Below, in pieces: positions 20,463 to 33,382 of a stretch of DNA of 64,000 nt (its first letter is position 1; each line of letters begins with the position of its first letter). Below the pieces are notes generated by a model. It was given only the letters and a program-made list of their open reading frames with translations. It ran no database searches and was not told the origin of the DNA. A program made the position numbers and the translations under genes. This DNA is from Dehalococcoidia bacterium (GTDB lineage: Bacteria; Chloroflexota; Dehalococcoidia; SHYD01): assembly GCA_965261835.1 (NCBI GenBank), contig OZ253478.1, forward strand, positions 1,624,832-1,688,831, read 5' to 3'.

Positions 20463-22169
20463 TCACATCCGGAACACGCCGAAAACGGTGTCCGGGATTG
20501 GCGCATTGAGCGATGCCGCGATGCCGAGGCCGAGCGCAGTACGCGTGTCCATCGGGTCCAAGATGCCGTCGTCCCAGAGGCGGGCGGTGCTGTAGTAGGG
20601 GCTGCCCTCCGCCTCGTACTGCTCCAAGAGGGGCGCTTTGAACCGCTCCTGCTCCTCAGGCGTCATGTCCCGGCCCTGGGCGTGGAGGTTGTTCAGTCGG
20701 ACGGTGAGCAGGACGTTGGCCGCCTGCTGGCCGCCCATCACCGAAATGCGGGCGTTGGGCCACATCCATAGCAGCCGGGGTGAGTAGGCCCGCCCACACA
20801 TTGCGTAGTTCCCCGCCCCGAAGGAGCCGCCCACCACTACAGTGAACTTGGGCACTTCGGCGCTGGCCACAGCGGTGACCATCTTGGCGCCGTCCTTGGC
20901 GATGCCAGACTGCTCGTAACGCTTGCCGACCATGAAGCCGGTGATGTTCTGGAGGAAGAGCAGCGGGATCTTGCGCTGGGCGCAGAGCTCGATAAAGTGT
21001 GCCCCTTTAACCGAACTTTCCGAAAAGAGGATGCCGTTGTTGGCAACGATACCCACCGGGAAGCCCATGATCCGGGCAAATCCGCACACCAGCGTTGTCC
21101 CATAGAGCGCCTTGAACTCGTGAAAGCGGCTGTCGTCCACCAGGCGGGCAATGACCTCCCGCACGTCGAAGGACTTGCGAAGGTCGGTGGGGACAATGCC
21201 ATAGAGCTCGGCAGGGTGGTAACGTGGGGGCCGGGAGGGCGTGAGCGCCCAGGGCAGGGTATGCCGACGGTGCAGGTTGGCCACCGCGCTGCGGCAAAGG
21301 GCCAGGGCGTGCTCGTCATTGACGGCAAAGTGGTCGGCTACACCGGAGAGCTGAGTGTGCACCTCGGCGCCGCCCAATTCCTCAGCGCTTACCACCTCGC
21401 CCGTGGCGGCCTGGACCAGCGGCGGCCCGCCAATGAAGATGGTACCGGTGCCTTGGACAATGATGGTCTCGTCGCTCATGGCGGGCACGTAGGCGCCGCC
21501 GGCGGTGCAGGACCCCATCACCGCCGCGATCTGGGGGATGCCCTTGGCCGACATGCGGGCCTGATTGTAAAAGAACCGCCCAAAGTGATCTCGGTCAGGG
21601 AACACCTCCGCCTGCATGGGCAGAAAGGCGCCGCCAGAGTCTACAAGGTAGATACAAGGCAGGTGGTTCTGCTCAGCGATCTCCTGGGCGCGTAGGTGCT
21701 TTTTAATAGTTAGCGGGTAGTAGCTGCCACCCTTGACCGTAGCGTCGTTGGCGATGATGACGCACTCCTGTCCCGCCACCAGTCCGATGCCGGTGATGAT
21801 GCCGGCGGAGGGCGCCTCGTTGTCGTACAACTCCCAGGCCGCTAGGGGGCTCAGTTCCAGGAATGGGGTGTCGGCATCGATGAGGCGCTGGATGCGCTCC
21901 CGCACAAAGAGCTTGCCCCGCTCAGTGTGCCGGCGTACTGCTTCAGCGCCGCCGCCGGCTTCTACCGTGTGCAAGTGGTCCCGGAGCTGCTGCGTAAGCT
22001 CCAGATACAGCGTACGGTTCTGCTGATAGTCCGGACTGCTGGGGTCCACCTGACTGGTGAGCACCGGCAGAGCATCCAACGTGGACGCGCCTGCAACCGC
22101 GTTTAGGGCGTCGGCATCGTAGGGGGTGGGCTTAAGCATAGTTAGCGGTCTCCTAGGCTGCCGGGGCAC
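20463..22169 (-). CDS. acyl-CoA carboxylase carboxyltransferase (beta) subunit, MCCase-beta-like
   Basis: 568-aa carboxyl transferase. [21 protein letters not shown] resembles the methylcrotonyl-CoA carboxylase beta family. Lies upstream of the alpha subunit on the same strand. Confidence 0.85.
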   Translation of the reverse strand: MPRQPRRPLTMLKPTPYDADALNAVAGASTLDALPVLTSQVDPSSPDYQQNRTLYLELTQQLRDHLHTVEAGGGAEAVRRHTERGKLFVRERIQRLIDADTPFLELSPLAAWELYDNEAPSAGIITGIGLVAGQECVIIANDATVKGGSYYPLTIKKHLRAQEIAEQNHLPCIYLVDSGGAFLPMQAEVFPDRDHFGRFFYNQARMSAKGIPQIAAVMGSCTAGGAYVPAMSDETIIVQGTGTIFIGGPPLVQAATGEVVSAEELGGAEVHTQLSGVADHFAVNDEHALALCRSAVANLHRRHTLPWALTPSRPPRYHPAELYGIVPTDLRKSFDVREVIARLVDDSRFHEFKALYGTTLVCGFARIMGFPVGIVANNGILFSESSVKGAHFIELCAQRKIPLLFLQNITGFMVGKRYEQSGIAKDGAKMVTAVASAEVPKFTVVVGGSFGAGNYAMCGRAYSPRLLWMWPNARISVMGGQQAANVLLTVRLNNLHAQGRDMTPEEQERFKAPLLEQYEAEGSPYYSTARLWDDGILDPMDTRTALGLGIAASLNAPIPDTVFGVFRM

Positions 22170-22292
22170 TCTTATATACGCTAGTGACTTCTATTATTCC
22201 ACTATTCCACAACTGAGCAAGCAAAAGGTTAAAGCAAAGGCCTCTAGAGCGTTTCTAGAGGCCTGCATTAGGTCTGCGTGATGTCTTAAACT

Positions 22293-22369
22293 TGGTAGCG
22301 GAGGAGGGATTTGAACCCCCGGCCAAGGGCTTATGAGTCCCCTGCTCTACCACTGAGCTACTCCGCCAC
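22293..22369 (-). tRNA. tRNA with CAU anticodon (tRNA-Met; lysidine tRNA-Ile2 not excluded)
   Basis: Reverse complement GGCGGAGTAGCTCAGTGGTAGAGCAGGGGACTCATAAGCCCTTGGCCGGGGGTTCAAATCCCTCCTCCGCTACCA forms a cloverleaf with CAT in a 7-nt loop, a TTCAAAT T-loop and an encoded CCA. Positions 31-39 form an A.G mismatch. Confidence 0.75.
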
Positions 22370-22423
22370 ACAGGTTGCTCTACTGTTATACCAGCAACGG
22401 GGGGTCGGTTCAACCCTGCTGCA

Positions 22424-22452
22424 TTGACACCTGCGGTGGGCTGGCGTACTAT
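22424..22452 (+). promoter_or_regulatory. putative sigma-70 promoter for tRNA-Asp (TTGACA-N17-TACTAT)
   Basis: Consensus -35 and near-consensus -10 with 17-nt spacing, about 40 nt upstream of the tRNA. Confidence 0.5.
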
Positions 22453-22492
22453 TGGCCTTGCTCTCTGCCGTATTGTCAGAGGTCTTTTATGC

Positions 22493-22569
22493 GGCCCCGT
22501 GGTGTAGCGGCCAAACATGCCACCCTGTCACGGTGGAGATCGTGGGTTCGAATCCCATCGGGGTCGCCA
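22493..22569 (+). tRNA. tRNA-Asp (GUC)
   Basis: GGCCCCG acceptor arm, anticodon stem CCACC/GGTGG with loop CTGTCAC, TTCGAAT T-loop, encoded CCA. Confidence 0.75.
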
Positions 22570-22583
22570 TTATAGCTACAAAG

Positions 22584-22610
22584 CCTCCTCAGTAATGGGG
22601 AGGTTTTTTT
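22584..22610 (+). terminator. rho-independent terminator after tRNA-Asp
   Basis: CCTCCTC-agtaat-GGGGAGG followed by TTTTTTT. Confidence 0.8.
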
Positions 22611-22706
22611 CGGGCGTGCTCTTCCCGTTTCCAGGTCAGCGATAGTGCCTTACCGGTTGCGGACACGAACGTAACGCCCTCATCCTCGCCCAGTCTACGG
22701 GCGGGT

Positions 22707-23528
22707 CTACGGTAACAGGAGGGGCGTGAAGTCCGTGGAGATGAGCACGTTCTCTAGCGAGCTTACTTCGACCATTGGCTCTAGCTCCACGGTGAGGAAT
22801 AGATCCTGGTCGTTATTCTCTATCTTGGAGATCAGGCCAATGGGGATGCCTTTCGGAAAGCCGCCGCCAAGGCCTGAGGTGAGCACGACGTCACCCTCCT
22901 GGATATCGGCCCTACTTTCGACAAACCCGAGGGCCATCAAACCAGCCGCACGGCCGGTCACTACCCCCTGAGCCCGGGATCGCTGGAGCAGCGCGTTTAC
23001 CGCGCTGCTGGGGTCGCTGGTCAGGAGCACCTTACTGGCCTGAGGCGTTACTTCCACGATCCGGCCCAACAGCCCGTTTTCCGTGACTACGATGTTGCCG
23101 ATCTGTACCCCCTGTGTCGAACCCCGATCCAGTAGCACGGACTGCACCAGCGGGTTAGGATCGTGGGCAATGATGGTGGCGGGCAGATACTCACCGCCGG
23201 GGTTAGTCTGCTGGTAGTTAAGGAGCGCCCGGAGCTGTCGGTTCTCTTGGCCCGCCTCCTGGAGGCTGATGACCTCCCGTTTCAGCAATTCGATCTCGAC
23301 GCGGAGAAGCCGGTTCTCTTCGTACGCCTGGCCGGCTACAGTGAGGAAGGTAGTGATGGCTTCGATCCGGTTACCGAGGCCGGTAAGCAACCCCTGGACC
23401 GGGCTTAGCACCATTGTGCCGGGGGTCTTCAATACGGTAGGGATGTCGCTCCGGGCGAAGGCCACGGAAAGTACTCCAGCGCTGAGTAGGATACCGAGCC
23501 AGAGGAGCCACCGGCTGCCCACTATCAC
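22707..23528 (-). CDS. mreC: rod shape-determining protein MreC
   Basis: N-terminal TM segment, coiled-coil region, and C-terminal beta domain with VVTSGLGGGFPKGIPIG. Lies directly downstream of mreB. Confidence 0.9.
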   Translation of the reverse strand: MIVGSRWLLWLGILLSAGVLSVAFARSDIPTVLKTPGTMVLSPVQGLLTGLGNRIEAITTFLTVAGQAYEENRLLRVEIELLKREVISLQEAGQENRQLRALLNYQQTNPGGEYLPATIIAHDPNPLVQSVLLDRGSTQGVQIGNIVVTENGLLGRIVEVTPQASKVLLTSDPSSAVNALLQRSRAQGVVTGRAAGLMALGFVESRADIQEGDVVLTSGLGGGFPKGIPIGLISKIENNDQDLFLTVELEPMVEVSSLENVLISTDFTPLLLP

Positions 23529-23561
23529 TCATCCCCAGTTACTAGCGCCAACCGGTTGGCG

Positions 23562-24632
23562 CTAGCGGCCTGTTGTTGGCGGTTTTCGATAGCTTAGCTG
23601 CGCCAGGACAGTGCTGAGCCGGTCCAGCTCTTCCAGCACTTCGCCGGTACCGCGTACCACGCAACTCAGCGGGTCATTGGCAACGTAGACCTGGAACTTG
23701 GTTTCCTGGGAGAGACGTCGGTCCATCCCCTCCAGCAATCCGCCACCGCCAGCCAGGGCGATGCCCCGCTCCATAAGATCGGCCACTAGTTCGGGCGGCG
23801 TCCGCTCGATTGTGTCGCGCACGGCCGCCAGGATCCCGTTGATGGACGCTGAGAGAGCATCTCGGATCTCGATGGTGCTCAGCGTGGCCACCCGGGGTAA
23901 CCCGGTCACCAGATCCCGTCCCCGGACCTGCACCTCCCGCTCTTCCCGTAGAGGGTAGGCGCTACCCGCCTCCATCTTGATCTGCTCTGCGGTTCGCTCG
24001 CCAATTAGTAGGTTATGGTTAGCCCTTACTGCATTTATAATGTTCTGATCCATCGCGTCGCCAGCCACCCGGAGCGAGGCGCTGGCAACAATGCCGCCCA
24101 AGGAGATGACCGCGACCTCGGTAGTACCGCCGCCGATGTCTACGATCATGGTGCCGCTGGGATCCATCACCGGCAGGGTGGCGCCAATGGCGGCCGCCAT
24201 TGGCTCTTCGATAAGGTAGCACGCCCGCGCCCCGGCGTTGAGGCTGGCGTCATGCACGGCACGGCGCTCCACCTCGGTGACGCCGCTGGGGATGCCGATG
24301 ACGACTCTGGGACGGGGAATCAGGAAGCCGTTTTGCTGATGCACCTTGTGGATGAAGTAAGCCAGCATCCGCTCGGTAGTGTCAAAGTCGGAGATGACGC
24401 CGTTCCGCAATGGCCGCACGGCGACGATACGGGACGGTGTGCGGCCCACCATCTGCCTAGCTTCGGCGCCTATAGCTTGGACTTTGCGGGTTTCTCGGTC
24501 AATGGCTACCACGGAAGGCTCGTCTATAACGATGCCTTTCCCCTTCACCATAACCAGCGTGTTGGCGGTGCCAAGATCGATGCCGATATCGTAGGAAAAC
24601 AGCCCCAACAGGGCATTAATCGGGTTAATCAA
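23562..24632 (-). CDS. mreB: rod shape-determining protein MreB
   Basis: SYDIGIDLGTANTLVMVKGKGIV, the actin-fold phosphate-1 motif, throughout a 356-aa protein. Confidence 0.95.
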   Translation of the reverse strand: MINPINALLGLFSYDIGIDLGTANTLVMVKGKGIVIDEPSVVAIDRETRKVQAIGAEARQMVGRTPSRIVAVRPLRNGVISDFDTTERMLAYFIHKVHQQNGFLIPRPRVVIGIPSGVTEVERRAVHDASLNAGARACYLIEEPMAAAIGATLPVMDPSGTMIVDIGGGTTEVAVISLGGIVASASLRVAGDAMDQNIINAVRANHNLLIGERTAEQIKMEAGSAYPLREEREVQVRGRDLVTGLPRVATLSTIEIRDALSASINGILAAVRDTIERTPPELVADLMERGIALAGGGGLLEGMDRRLSQETKFQVYVANDPLSCVVRGTGEVLEELDRLSTVLAQLSYRKPPTTGR

Positions 24633-24710
24633 GAATGCCTCCGTGCCTCGGTGGCAGGGCGCGCTAAAATAGCGTGGTCAATGATGCTAATAGTAGGATT
24701 ATAGCATGAT

Positions 24711-26846
<2,136 letters not shown>

Positions 26847-27077
26847 TCATCCTGAGCAGTGTCGCAGAGCAGCGACAATAGCTCAGCGGGATCGCCACGA
26901 GCGGAACCGTTATCCTCCTATGGCCCAAGCAGTAACTCGGGCATTTCTACCGCACAGATGCCGCCTATATTCAATTTCCTTCCTGCCGCAGCTCTACTTA
27001 TCCCATCTCCCATGCCTGACCTATGCTAAAATAATGATGTTCCTGACACACGCATTGGCGAGGGTGAGCACGCTTTT

Positions 27078-27701
27078 ATGATCGCAATCATCGACTACGG
27101 GTCCGGCAATATCCGCAGCGTGCTGCGCGCCCTGGCCCACCTGGGCTACGACGCCCGGTTAACCGCCGACCACACCGCCATTGCCAACGCGCACGCAGTG
27201 GTGCTGCCAGGAGTGGGCGCCGCGGGCGATACCGTGCGAGCTCTGAAGGAGCGCGGACTGGACGACCTCGTGCGGCGGACCATTGAGGCCGACCGGCCCT
27301 TCCTAGGCCTGTGTGTGGGATTCCAGGTGCTCTTCGATACTACCGAGGAGGGCGGCCTGCAGCCCTGCCTGGGGATCATCCCCGGGGCCGTCCACAAGCT
27401 CCCACCCGGTCTGAAGGTACCACACATGGGCTGGAACCAGGTGATGCAGCGGGCTGAGTCCCCGGTGCTCCAGGGTGTTCCGGACGGCTCGGATTTCTAC
27501 TTTGTGCACAGCTACTACCCCAAGCCCACGCAACCCGAACTAGTGGCCGCCGAGACCAGCTACGGGATCGATTTCTGCTGCGCCATTGCCCGGGGCAACC
27601 TCTTTGCCACCCAGTTCCATCCTGAGAAGAGTGGGAGCCTGGGGCTGCACATCTACGATAACTTCATGAAGGCCACTCTTGGAAGTCATTCCCGCTATTG
27701 A
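27078..27701 (+). CDS. hisH: imidazole glycerol phosphate synthase, glutamine amidotransferase subunit HisH
   Basis: MIAIIDYGSGNIRSV..., catalytic GLCVGFQ, and FHPEKS. Confidence 0.93.
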   Translation: MIAIIDYGSGNIRSVLRALAHLGYDARLTADHTAIANAHAVVLPGVGAAGDTVRALKERGLDDLVRRTIEADRPFLGLCVGFQVLFDTTEEGGLQPCLGIIPGAVHKLPPGLKVPHMGWNQVMQRAESPVLQGVPDGSDFYFVHSYYPKPTQPELVAAETSYGIDFCCAIARGNLFATQFHPEKSGSLGLHIYDNFMKATLGSHSRY

Positions 27702-28392
27702 CCTGCGGGCCGGCCGCTGTGTCCGCCTCTACCAGGGCGATTACTCCAAAGAAACCGTCTTCTCCGACGACCCTCCCGCAATGGCCCGCCACTGGCAGGA
27801 GTTGGGCGCGTCCCGGCTGCATGTAGTGGATCTGGATGGGGCCAAGGAAGGATACGTGGTGAACGAGGCGGCTATTCGCGCTATAGTGAAAGCTGCAGAC
27901 ATTCCAGTGGAGCTCGGCGGTGGGGTTCGTTCATTGGAGACTATCGGGCAAGCGCTCGGCTGGGGCGTGGATCGAGTGGTGCTAGGCACCGCCGCCGTGG
28001 CTACTCCGGAACTGGTGCAGGCCGCTTGCCGGGCGCACCCCGGCGCCGTAGTGGTGGGCGTGGACGCCCGAGACGGCAAAGTAGCGGTGCGCGGCTGGCT
28101 GGAGACCACGGAGCAGACCGCGGCCGCGCTGGTGGCGCAGATGACGGAGTTGGGCGTGCCGCGCTTTATCTACACCGATATTTCGAGAGACGGCACCACC
28201 ACCGAACCGAACTTCCAGGCGCTGGCGGAGCTGCTCAGTACCACGAGCCGCCCCATCATCGCTTCTGGGGGCGTTAGCCAGCTCGAGCACCTTGAGCGGC
28301 TGGCACTGCTAGGTGCAGAGGGGGCCATTGTAGGGCAGGCCATCTATACCGGGGCGCTGGACCTGCCCCAAGCCGTGGCATTGGTTGCCTAA
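27679..28392 (+). CDS. hisA: ProFAR isomerase HisA
   Basis: (M)EVIPAIDLRAGRCVRLYQGDY... is the typical HisA N-terminus. TTG start overlaps the hisH 3-prime end. Confidence 0.9.
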   Translation: MEVIPAIDLRAGRCVRLYQGDYSKETVFSDDPPAMARHWQELGASRLHVVDLDGAKEGYVVNEAAIRAIVKAADIPVELGGGVRSLETIGQALGWGVDRVVLGTAAVATPELVQAACRAHPGAVVVGVDARDGKVAVRGWLETTEQTAAALVAQMTELGVPRFIYTDISRDGTTTEPNFQALAELLSTTSRPIIASGGVSQLEHLERLALLGAEGAIVGQAIYTGALDLPQAVALVA

Positions 28393-28418
28393 GCGGCAAC
28401 CTGCGGAGGCGAGTAGCC

Positions 28419-29639
28419 ATGACAATCTCTAGAACTGAACGTAATCTGTGGAGCGCCTTCATCGACGAGGCGAAGGCCAATCAGGTGTACGTTGCTTATG
28501 CGATCCGTGCCGTGAACGAGGGTTTCCACGAAGCCGCGGAAGTCTTCATGGAGGCCTCTGGCGCGGAATCCATCCATGCGCTTACACACTTCAGGGTTGC
28601 CGGCGAGGTGCGCTCCACCGTGGAGAACCTGGTGTCGGTTATTCAGGAGGAAGCCCGTGAGGCGGACATCATCTATCCTCGCCGCATCCGTGAGGCCGAA
28701 GCAGAGGGCCGTACGGACGCTGCGGAGAGCTTCAAGCTAGCCTGGCGGCGGGAACGCCACCACATTGACGCGCTAGAGGAGGTTTTGAACAGCATTCTGC
28801 AGCGTCGCCCCGATCTGAAGCCGCTGGTTGAGAAAGCGCAACAGCAACCAGAACGGGACGAGTCATATTCAGTACAGGAGCTCACACAGCTTTCCAACAA
28901 CGTGCCACCCAACATCCGCACCGAAGTGTTTGAGGAAAAGTCCCGAGTAATCGGTCTCCAGCGGCTGCGGGAGGTCGTGTTTGGTGCGCAGGACGGGTTG
29001 GTGAGCACCGTTGCAGTCGTCTCCTCGGTAGCCATCGCCACCGGTGAGAACACCGTGGTGATCCTGGCGGGCGCGGCAGCTGCCCTGGCCGGCATGGTCT
29101 CTATGGCGGGCGGCAGCTACCTTGGCTCCCGGGCCGAGCAGGACGTCAGCGTATCGGAGTTGGAGTTCGAGGCGCGGGAGATCAGAGAACACCCCGCCGA
29201 GGAGATGGCCGAGCTCATCGCGCTCTACCAACATGAAGGCATGTCGCGGAGCGAGGCCACGGACCTGGCCGAGCGCATCGCCTCCGACCGCCAAATCTGG
29301 CTCTCCACTATGGCGGAAAAGGAGCTGGGGCTGAGTCCCCAGCATCCCATCAACCCGGTCAAAGACTCACTGACCATGGGGATCTCGTTCATTCTGGGCT
29401 CCCTGTTCCCGCTGGCGCTCTATTTCTTTGTGCCGGCGCGGGCGGCGGTGCTACCCGCCCTATTAATCACCCTAGTTGCGCTGTTCGCGGTCGGCGTGGG
29501 GAAGGGCATGGTCTTGCATAAAAAACCGCTGATCTCCGGCCTGGAGGTCACCGCGGTGGGCACCCTGTCCGGGGCAGTAGGGGTTCTCATCGGCAACTTC
29601 CTTCCCCGGCTATTGGGCTTTGCGTCGCTGCCGGGATAG
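28419..29639 (+). CDS. mbfA: membrane-bound ferritin-like iron exporter (N-terminal erythrin/rubrerythrin-like diiron domain fused to a VIT1/CCC1 membrane domain; MbfA-like)
   Basis: N-terminus has paired ExxH motifs in a four-helix pattern (NLWSAFIDEAKANQVY..., ERHHIDALEEV). C-terminus carries VFGAQDGLVSTVAVVSSVA plus 3-5 TM helices, typical of PF01988. Confidence 0.7.
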   Translation: MTISRTERNLWSAFIDEAKANQVYVAYAIRAVNEGFHEAAEVFMEASGAESIHALTHFRVAGEVRSTVENLVSVIQEEAREADIIYPRRIREAEAEGRTDAAESFKLAWRRERHHIDALEEVLNSILQRRPDLKPLVEKAQQQPERDESYSVQELTQLSNNVPPNIRTEVFEEKSRVIGLQRLREVVFGAQDGLVSTVAVVSSVAIATGENTVVILAGAAAALAGMVSMAGGSYLGSRAEQDVSVSELEFEAREIREHPAEEMAELIALYQHEGMSRSEATDLAERIASDRQIWLSTMAEKELGLSPQHPINPVKDSLTMGISFILGSLFPLALYFFVPARAAVLPALLITLVALFAVGVGKGMVLHKKPLISGLEVTAVGTLSGAVGVLIGNFLPRLLGFASLPG

Positions 29640-29699
29640 CCGGGCAGACATGTCAGCGGGTGGGCCGCCCACGGTTCGTCTAGCTCTTCATGTGCGCGC

Positions 29700-31133
29700 T
29701 TGCGCGTTCGTCCTAGTCCCGACAAAGGACAAGCCAGCAATCCACGGCCGCCACGGCTGGGACGTCACCGAAGACGCACGCCGGTGAGCACCTTCAACGC
29801 GGCGGTCCGTTACCTGGAGGGCTTCATTCATGGCCCCGCGGAGCCCGCGTTATCAGCCGCAGGACGGCAGGCAGTCTGGGACCGGCGGCAGCAGACTATG
29901 GCCCGGCTCCTGGCCCGATTGGGCAACCCACACCAGATGTTCCCTTCGGTGCACGTGGGTGGTACCTCTGGCAAAGGGTCGGTGGCGGCTTATATCGCCT
30001 CAGTACTGCGTGCCGCCGGCTACCGCACCGGCCTCCACACCACGCCGTACCTAGAATCGGCCGCCGAAAAGATTGCGGTGAACGGCGTGCCCATCTCGGA
30101 AGGCGCGCTGTCGGCGCTGGTTGAGCGCGCCCGACCTCATCTGGACGCCTGCGACCCCACTTATGTGCAAGCGTGGACCGCGCTTACCTTCGCGCACTTT
30201 GCCCAGCAACAGGTGGACTGTGCGGTGGTGGAGGTAAGCCTGGGCGGGCGCTACGACGCCACCAACGTGCTCGCACCGCTAGTGTCGGTGATCACCAATA
30301 TCGGCTTCGACCACACCCAGAGCCTGGGGCAGCGGCTGGAAGAGATCGCCTGGCACAAGGCGGGCATTGTGAAGCCGCACACACCTCTAGTAACCGCCGT
30401 CAGGCAAACGGAAGCCCTCGGCGTCATCGTTGAGGAATGCAGCCGGCAAGAGGCGTCACTGTATCGGTTGGGCAAAGATTTCTCGTACGAGACGCGCTCT
30501 ATAGACCGCGACGGCGCCGTGCTCGATTTCCAGGGACGTTCCGGCAACTACCGCGACCTCCAGATTGGTATGACCGGCGCACATCAGACGGAGAATGCCG
30601 CTCTGGCCCTTGCGGCTGTAGAGGCGCTCCGGGAGAGCGGATATACCATCCCGGAAACCGCCCTGCGTGAGGGACTGCGCACGGCCCGCCTGCCGGGCCG
30701 CTTTGAAGTGGCGCACCAGCGGCCAACCGTGGTGCTGGACGGCGCACACAACCCGGAGAAGGCGCGGCGGCTGCGGGAGACCCTGGACGCCGTGTTCCCG
30801 GGCCGTCCGGTTACCTACCTGCTCGCAGTCGGAGCAAGCAAAGACCTGGGCGATATGCTGGACGCGTTGCTGCCCGGCGCTCAATCGGTAGTCTGTACCG
30901 AAGCGGGAGCACCGGGCAAACCTGCGCTGCCTGCCGCCGCGCTGGCCGCTGCGGTGCGGGCGCGGGGCGTGACCGCAGCCATTAACCCCGCGCCAGAAGC
31001 CGCGCTGAAATGCGCTCAGGCATCCTCCGTTGTAGAGGGTGTGCTGTGTGTCACCGGCTCCATGTACCTGGTGGGACGGCTACGCCCACATGTTGTACGG
31101 CAGGCCGCTCCCATCTGTGAGACGAGTCCCTGA
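29700..31133 (+). CDS. folC: folylpolyglutamate synthase / dihydrofolate synthase (Mur ligase family); true start may be GTG 29784
   Basis: P-loop HVGGTSGKGS, followed by Mur ligase middle and C-terminal domains (VLDGAHNPE). Confidence 0.88.
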   Translation: MRVRPSPDKGQASNPRPPRLGRHRRRTPVSTFNAAVRYLEGFIHGPAEPALSAAGRQAVWDRRQQTMARLLARLGNPHQMFPSVHVGGTSGKGSVAAYIASVLRAAGYRTGLHTTPYLESAAEKIAVNGVPISEGALSALVERARPHLDACDPTYVQAWTALTFAHFAQQQVDCAVVEVSLGGRYDATNVLAPLVSVITNIGFDHTQSLGQRLEEIAWHKAGIVKPHTPLVTAVRQTEALGVIVEECSRQEASLYRLGKDFSYETRSIDRDGAVLDFQGRSGNYRDLQIGMTGAHQTENAALALAAVEALRESGYTIPETALREGLRTARLPGRFEVAHQRPTVVLDGAHNPEKARRLRETLDAVFPGRPVTYLLAVGASKDLGDMLDALLPGAQSVVCTEAGAPGKPALPAAALAAAVRARGVTAAINPAPEAALKCAQASSVVEGVLCVTGSMYLVGRLRPHVVRQAAPICETSP

Positions 31134-31147
31134 AAGGAGTGCTCTAA

Positions 31148-31885
31148 GTGGAAGTCTTTAGCATCTTGTTCCCTGTCGCCATACTGGCCTTCCTGGCGCT
31201 GCTCGTCGCCCTGGGCGTCTTCATGATCTCCCGCTGGCGGGCAGGTACTCCCTTCGGCATCTCTTTCCGCACCATCGCGCTGGCCTACTGCTACCTCATG
31301 AGCGCGGTGAGCCTGCTCGTGCTGGTGATAGGGCTATCGATGGGGGTAAAAGCCGGCCTGTCCGATGTGCTAGGCCGGGGGTTCAGCTACTATGTAGCGC
31401 AAGAGATGCGCATGATGCCGGTCCCGGAGGACAAGGCCGACCCCAGCGTATCCTGGAACATGGAGATGCAGCCCGTCCCTCCTGAGGAGCAGGAGCAGAA
31501 CGCCCGTCGGGTAGAGCGCCAGTATAAAGAAGACCTCATCGCATCCATCACCACAGTAGTGGTAGGGGGCGTGGTGTGGGCTGTGCATACGTACGGACGG
31601 CGGCGGCTCCAGACCGAGGACGCCCTGGACGACTTCCTCAGCAAATCATACGCCACGACCATGCTGGTGATCTTCGGGCTGGTGGGCATGGTGAGCCTGA
31701 CAATGGGGATCAACGAACTGCTGCGCTACTACCTCATCGAACCGGACCAGTTCGGCCGCCGGCAGTCGCCCGGCGACGCCGTGAGCACGGCCCTCGTGTT
31801 TGTGCCCATCTGGTTTTACTATGTGCTGACAACCTTAAAGCGCGGCCGGGCCGAGGCCAGCGCAGAGTCCGCGGAGTCAATGTAG
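31148..31885 (+). CDS. hypothetical integral membrane protein (4 predicted TM helices)
   Basis: Hydrophobic segments at the N- and C-termini with a charged middle loop. Sits in the 14-bp gap between folC and hisF. Confidence 0.5.
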   Translation: MEVFSILFPVAILAFLALLVALGVFMISRWRAGTPFGISFRTIALAYCYLMSAVSLLVLVIGLSMGVKAGLSDVLGRGFSYYVAQEMRMMPVPEDKADPSVSWNMEMQPVPPEEQEQNARRVERQYKEDLIASITTVVVGGVVWAVHTYGRRRLQTEDALDDFLSKSYATTMLVIFGLVGMVSLTMGINELLRYYLIEPDQFGRRQSPGDAVSTALVFVPIWFYYVLTTLKRGRAEASAESAESM

Positions 31886-32662
31886 ATGCTAACCATTCGG
31901 ATCATCCCCTGCTTGGACGTGAAGGCGGGACGCGTGGTAAAGGGCGTGAAGTTTCGGGACCACCGGGACGCCGGTGACCCCGTGGAACTTGCGTCGTTTT
32001 ACAACGACCAGGGCGCCGATGAGCTAGTGTTCTACGACATCACCGCCTCCAGTGACGAGCGGCCCATCATGCTGGACGTGGTGGAGCGTACCGCAGACCA
32101 GGTGTTCATCCCCCTCACCATCGGCGGTGGCCTCCGCAGCGTCGAGAACATCCGCCGCATGCTGGAGGCGGGAGCGGACAAGGTATCGATCAACACTGCC
32201 GCGGTGCAGAACCCTCAGCTTATCGCCGACGGAGCGGAGCGCTTCGGTAGTCAGTGCATCGTGCTGGGGATGGATGCCCGCCGCGTGCCCGACAGCGATC
32301 CGATGCGCTGGGAGGTATTCACCCACACCGGCGCGGACGGCGGGCGCACCTCCGGGTTGGACGCCATTGCGTGGGCCCAGCAGGCCGTGGACCTGGGCGC
32401 CGGGGAGATCGTGGTGAACAGCATCGACGCCGACGGCACCAAGGCGGGCTACGACCTGGCGCTGCTGCGGGCTATCTCGGAGGCAGTTACCGTGCCGGTG
32501 GTGGCCAGCGGCGGAGCCGGCACCCTGCAGCACTTGGCGGACGCCGTCACCCAGGGCAAGGCCGACGCGGTGCTGGCGGCCAGCATCTTCCACTACGGCG
32601 ACTACCGCATCGCCCAGGCCAAGGAGTTCCTGGCGGACCAGGGCATCCCCATGCGGTTGTGA
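31886..32662 (+). CDS. hisF: imidazole glycerol phosphate synthase, cyclase subunit HisF
   Basis: [23 protein letters not shown]... and the C-terminal [10 protein letters not shown] motif. Confidence 0.95.
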   Translation: MLTIRIIPCLDVKAGRVVKGVKFRDHRDAGDPVELASFYNDQGADELVFYDITASSDERPIMLDVVERTADQVFIPLTIGGGLRSVENIRRMLEAGADKVSINTAAVQNPQLIADGAERFGSQCIVLGMDARRVPDSDPMRWEVFTHTGADGGRTSGLDAIAWAQQAVDLGAGEIVVNSIDADGTKAGYDLALLRAISEAVTVPVVASGGAGTLQHLADAVTQGKADAVLAASIFHYGDYRIAQAKEFLADQGIPMRL

Positions 32663-32664
32663 CG

Positions 32665-33111
32665 ATGCCCGAGCGCAGCGTGGATTGGATGACCCAGGCG
32701 GAGCGGGATCTGGCGGTGGCGCGGCACAACGCCGCCGGCGAGTTTTATGAGTGGGCCTGCTTTATCTCACAACAGGCGGCTGAGAAAGCGCTGAAAGCCA
32801 CATTTCAGCATTTTCACCAGATAGTGTGGGGACACTCACTTTCGGAGATGTTCACGGCGCTGGCGCTCCTGGCCGAGGTGCCCGAAGCGCTCACCCAAAG
32901 CGCCCGGACCCTGGACCGTCATTACGTGCAGCCCCACTACCCCAACGGTTTTTCGGCGGGCGCACCGCTGAGTTACTATACTAGGAAGGACGCTGAAGAG
33001 GCGGTTGCTCATGCAGATGCGATCATACGGTTCTGTAAAGGTCTGGTCGCTCGACCTTCCGGAGGTCTTGCGCTGGCTCAGAACGGCTGCCCGCGCGCTG
33101 ATAGACGCTGA
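32665..33111 (+). CDS. HEPN-domain protein (putative HepT-like toxin of a HEPN/MNT pair)
   Basis: ATG sits 2 nt after the hisF stop. ARHNAAGEFYEWACFISQQAAEKALKA is a HEPN helix. RTLDRHY matches the Rx4HxY/Rx4-6H motif. Confidence 0.65.
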   Translation: MPERSVDWMTQAERDLAVARHNAAGEFYEWACFISQQAAEKALKATFQHFHQIVWGHSLSEMFTALALLAEVPEALTQSARTLDRHYVQPHYPNGFSAGAPLSYYTRKDAEEAVAHADAIIRFCKGLVARPSGGLALAQNGCPRADRR

Positions 33112-33382
33112 TGAAGCAGTGCTCCGCGTCATCCTGTTCGGGTCATTAGTGAAGGGGAACTACACCGCCCACAGCGATGCCGATATTTGTGTGATCCTGA
33201 GAGGCGCTGACCCGCGCCGCCAGATGGACCGGATACCCCAGTACAAAGCGCACTTTTTTGGTGCGCCGGTACCGGTGGACGTGCTGGTTTATGCTGAGGC
33301 GGAGATTGCGCAGATGCGGGCAGATGGCAGCCGCTTTGTCCGGGAAGCGGTGGACGAAGGCCTACTACTGGCTGAGCGCTAA
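33011..33382 (+). CDS. nucleotidyltransferase-domain protein (MNT-type, putative antitoxin partner of the HEPN protein)
   Basis: ILFGSLVKGNYTAHSDADICVIL is the minimal nucleotidyltransferase GS..(10)..SDxD motif. Overlaps the 3-prime end of the HEPN ORF in another frame; the start could be ATG 33011 or TTG 33005/33068. Confidence 0.65.
   Translation: MQMRSYGSVKVWSLDLPEVLRWLRTAARALIDADEAVLRVILFGSLVKGNYTAHSDADICVILRGADPRRQMDRIPQYKAHFFGAPVPVDVLVYAEAEIAQMRADGSRFVREAVDEGLLLAER

Noticed and set aside
32254-32664. Upstream part of the 285-aa ORF containing the HEPN protein
   Set aside because: That portion overlaps hisF in a different frame; the HEPN domain starts at the ATG 2 nt after the hisF stop.
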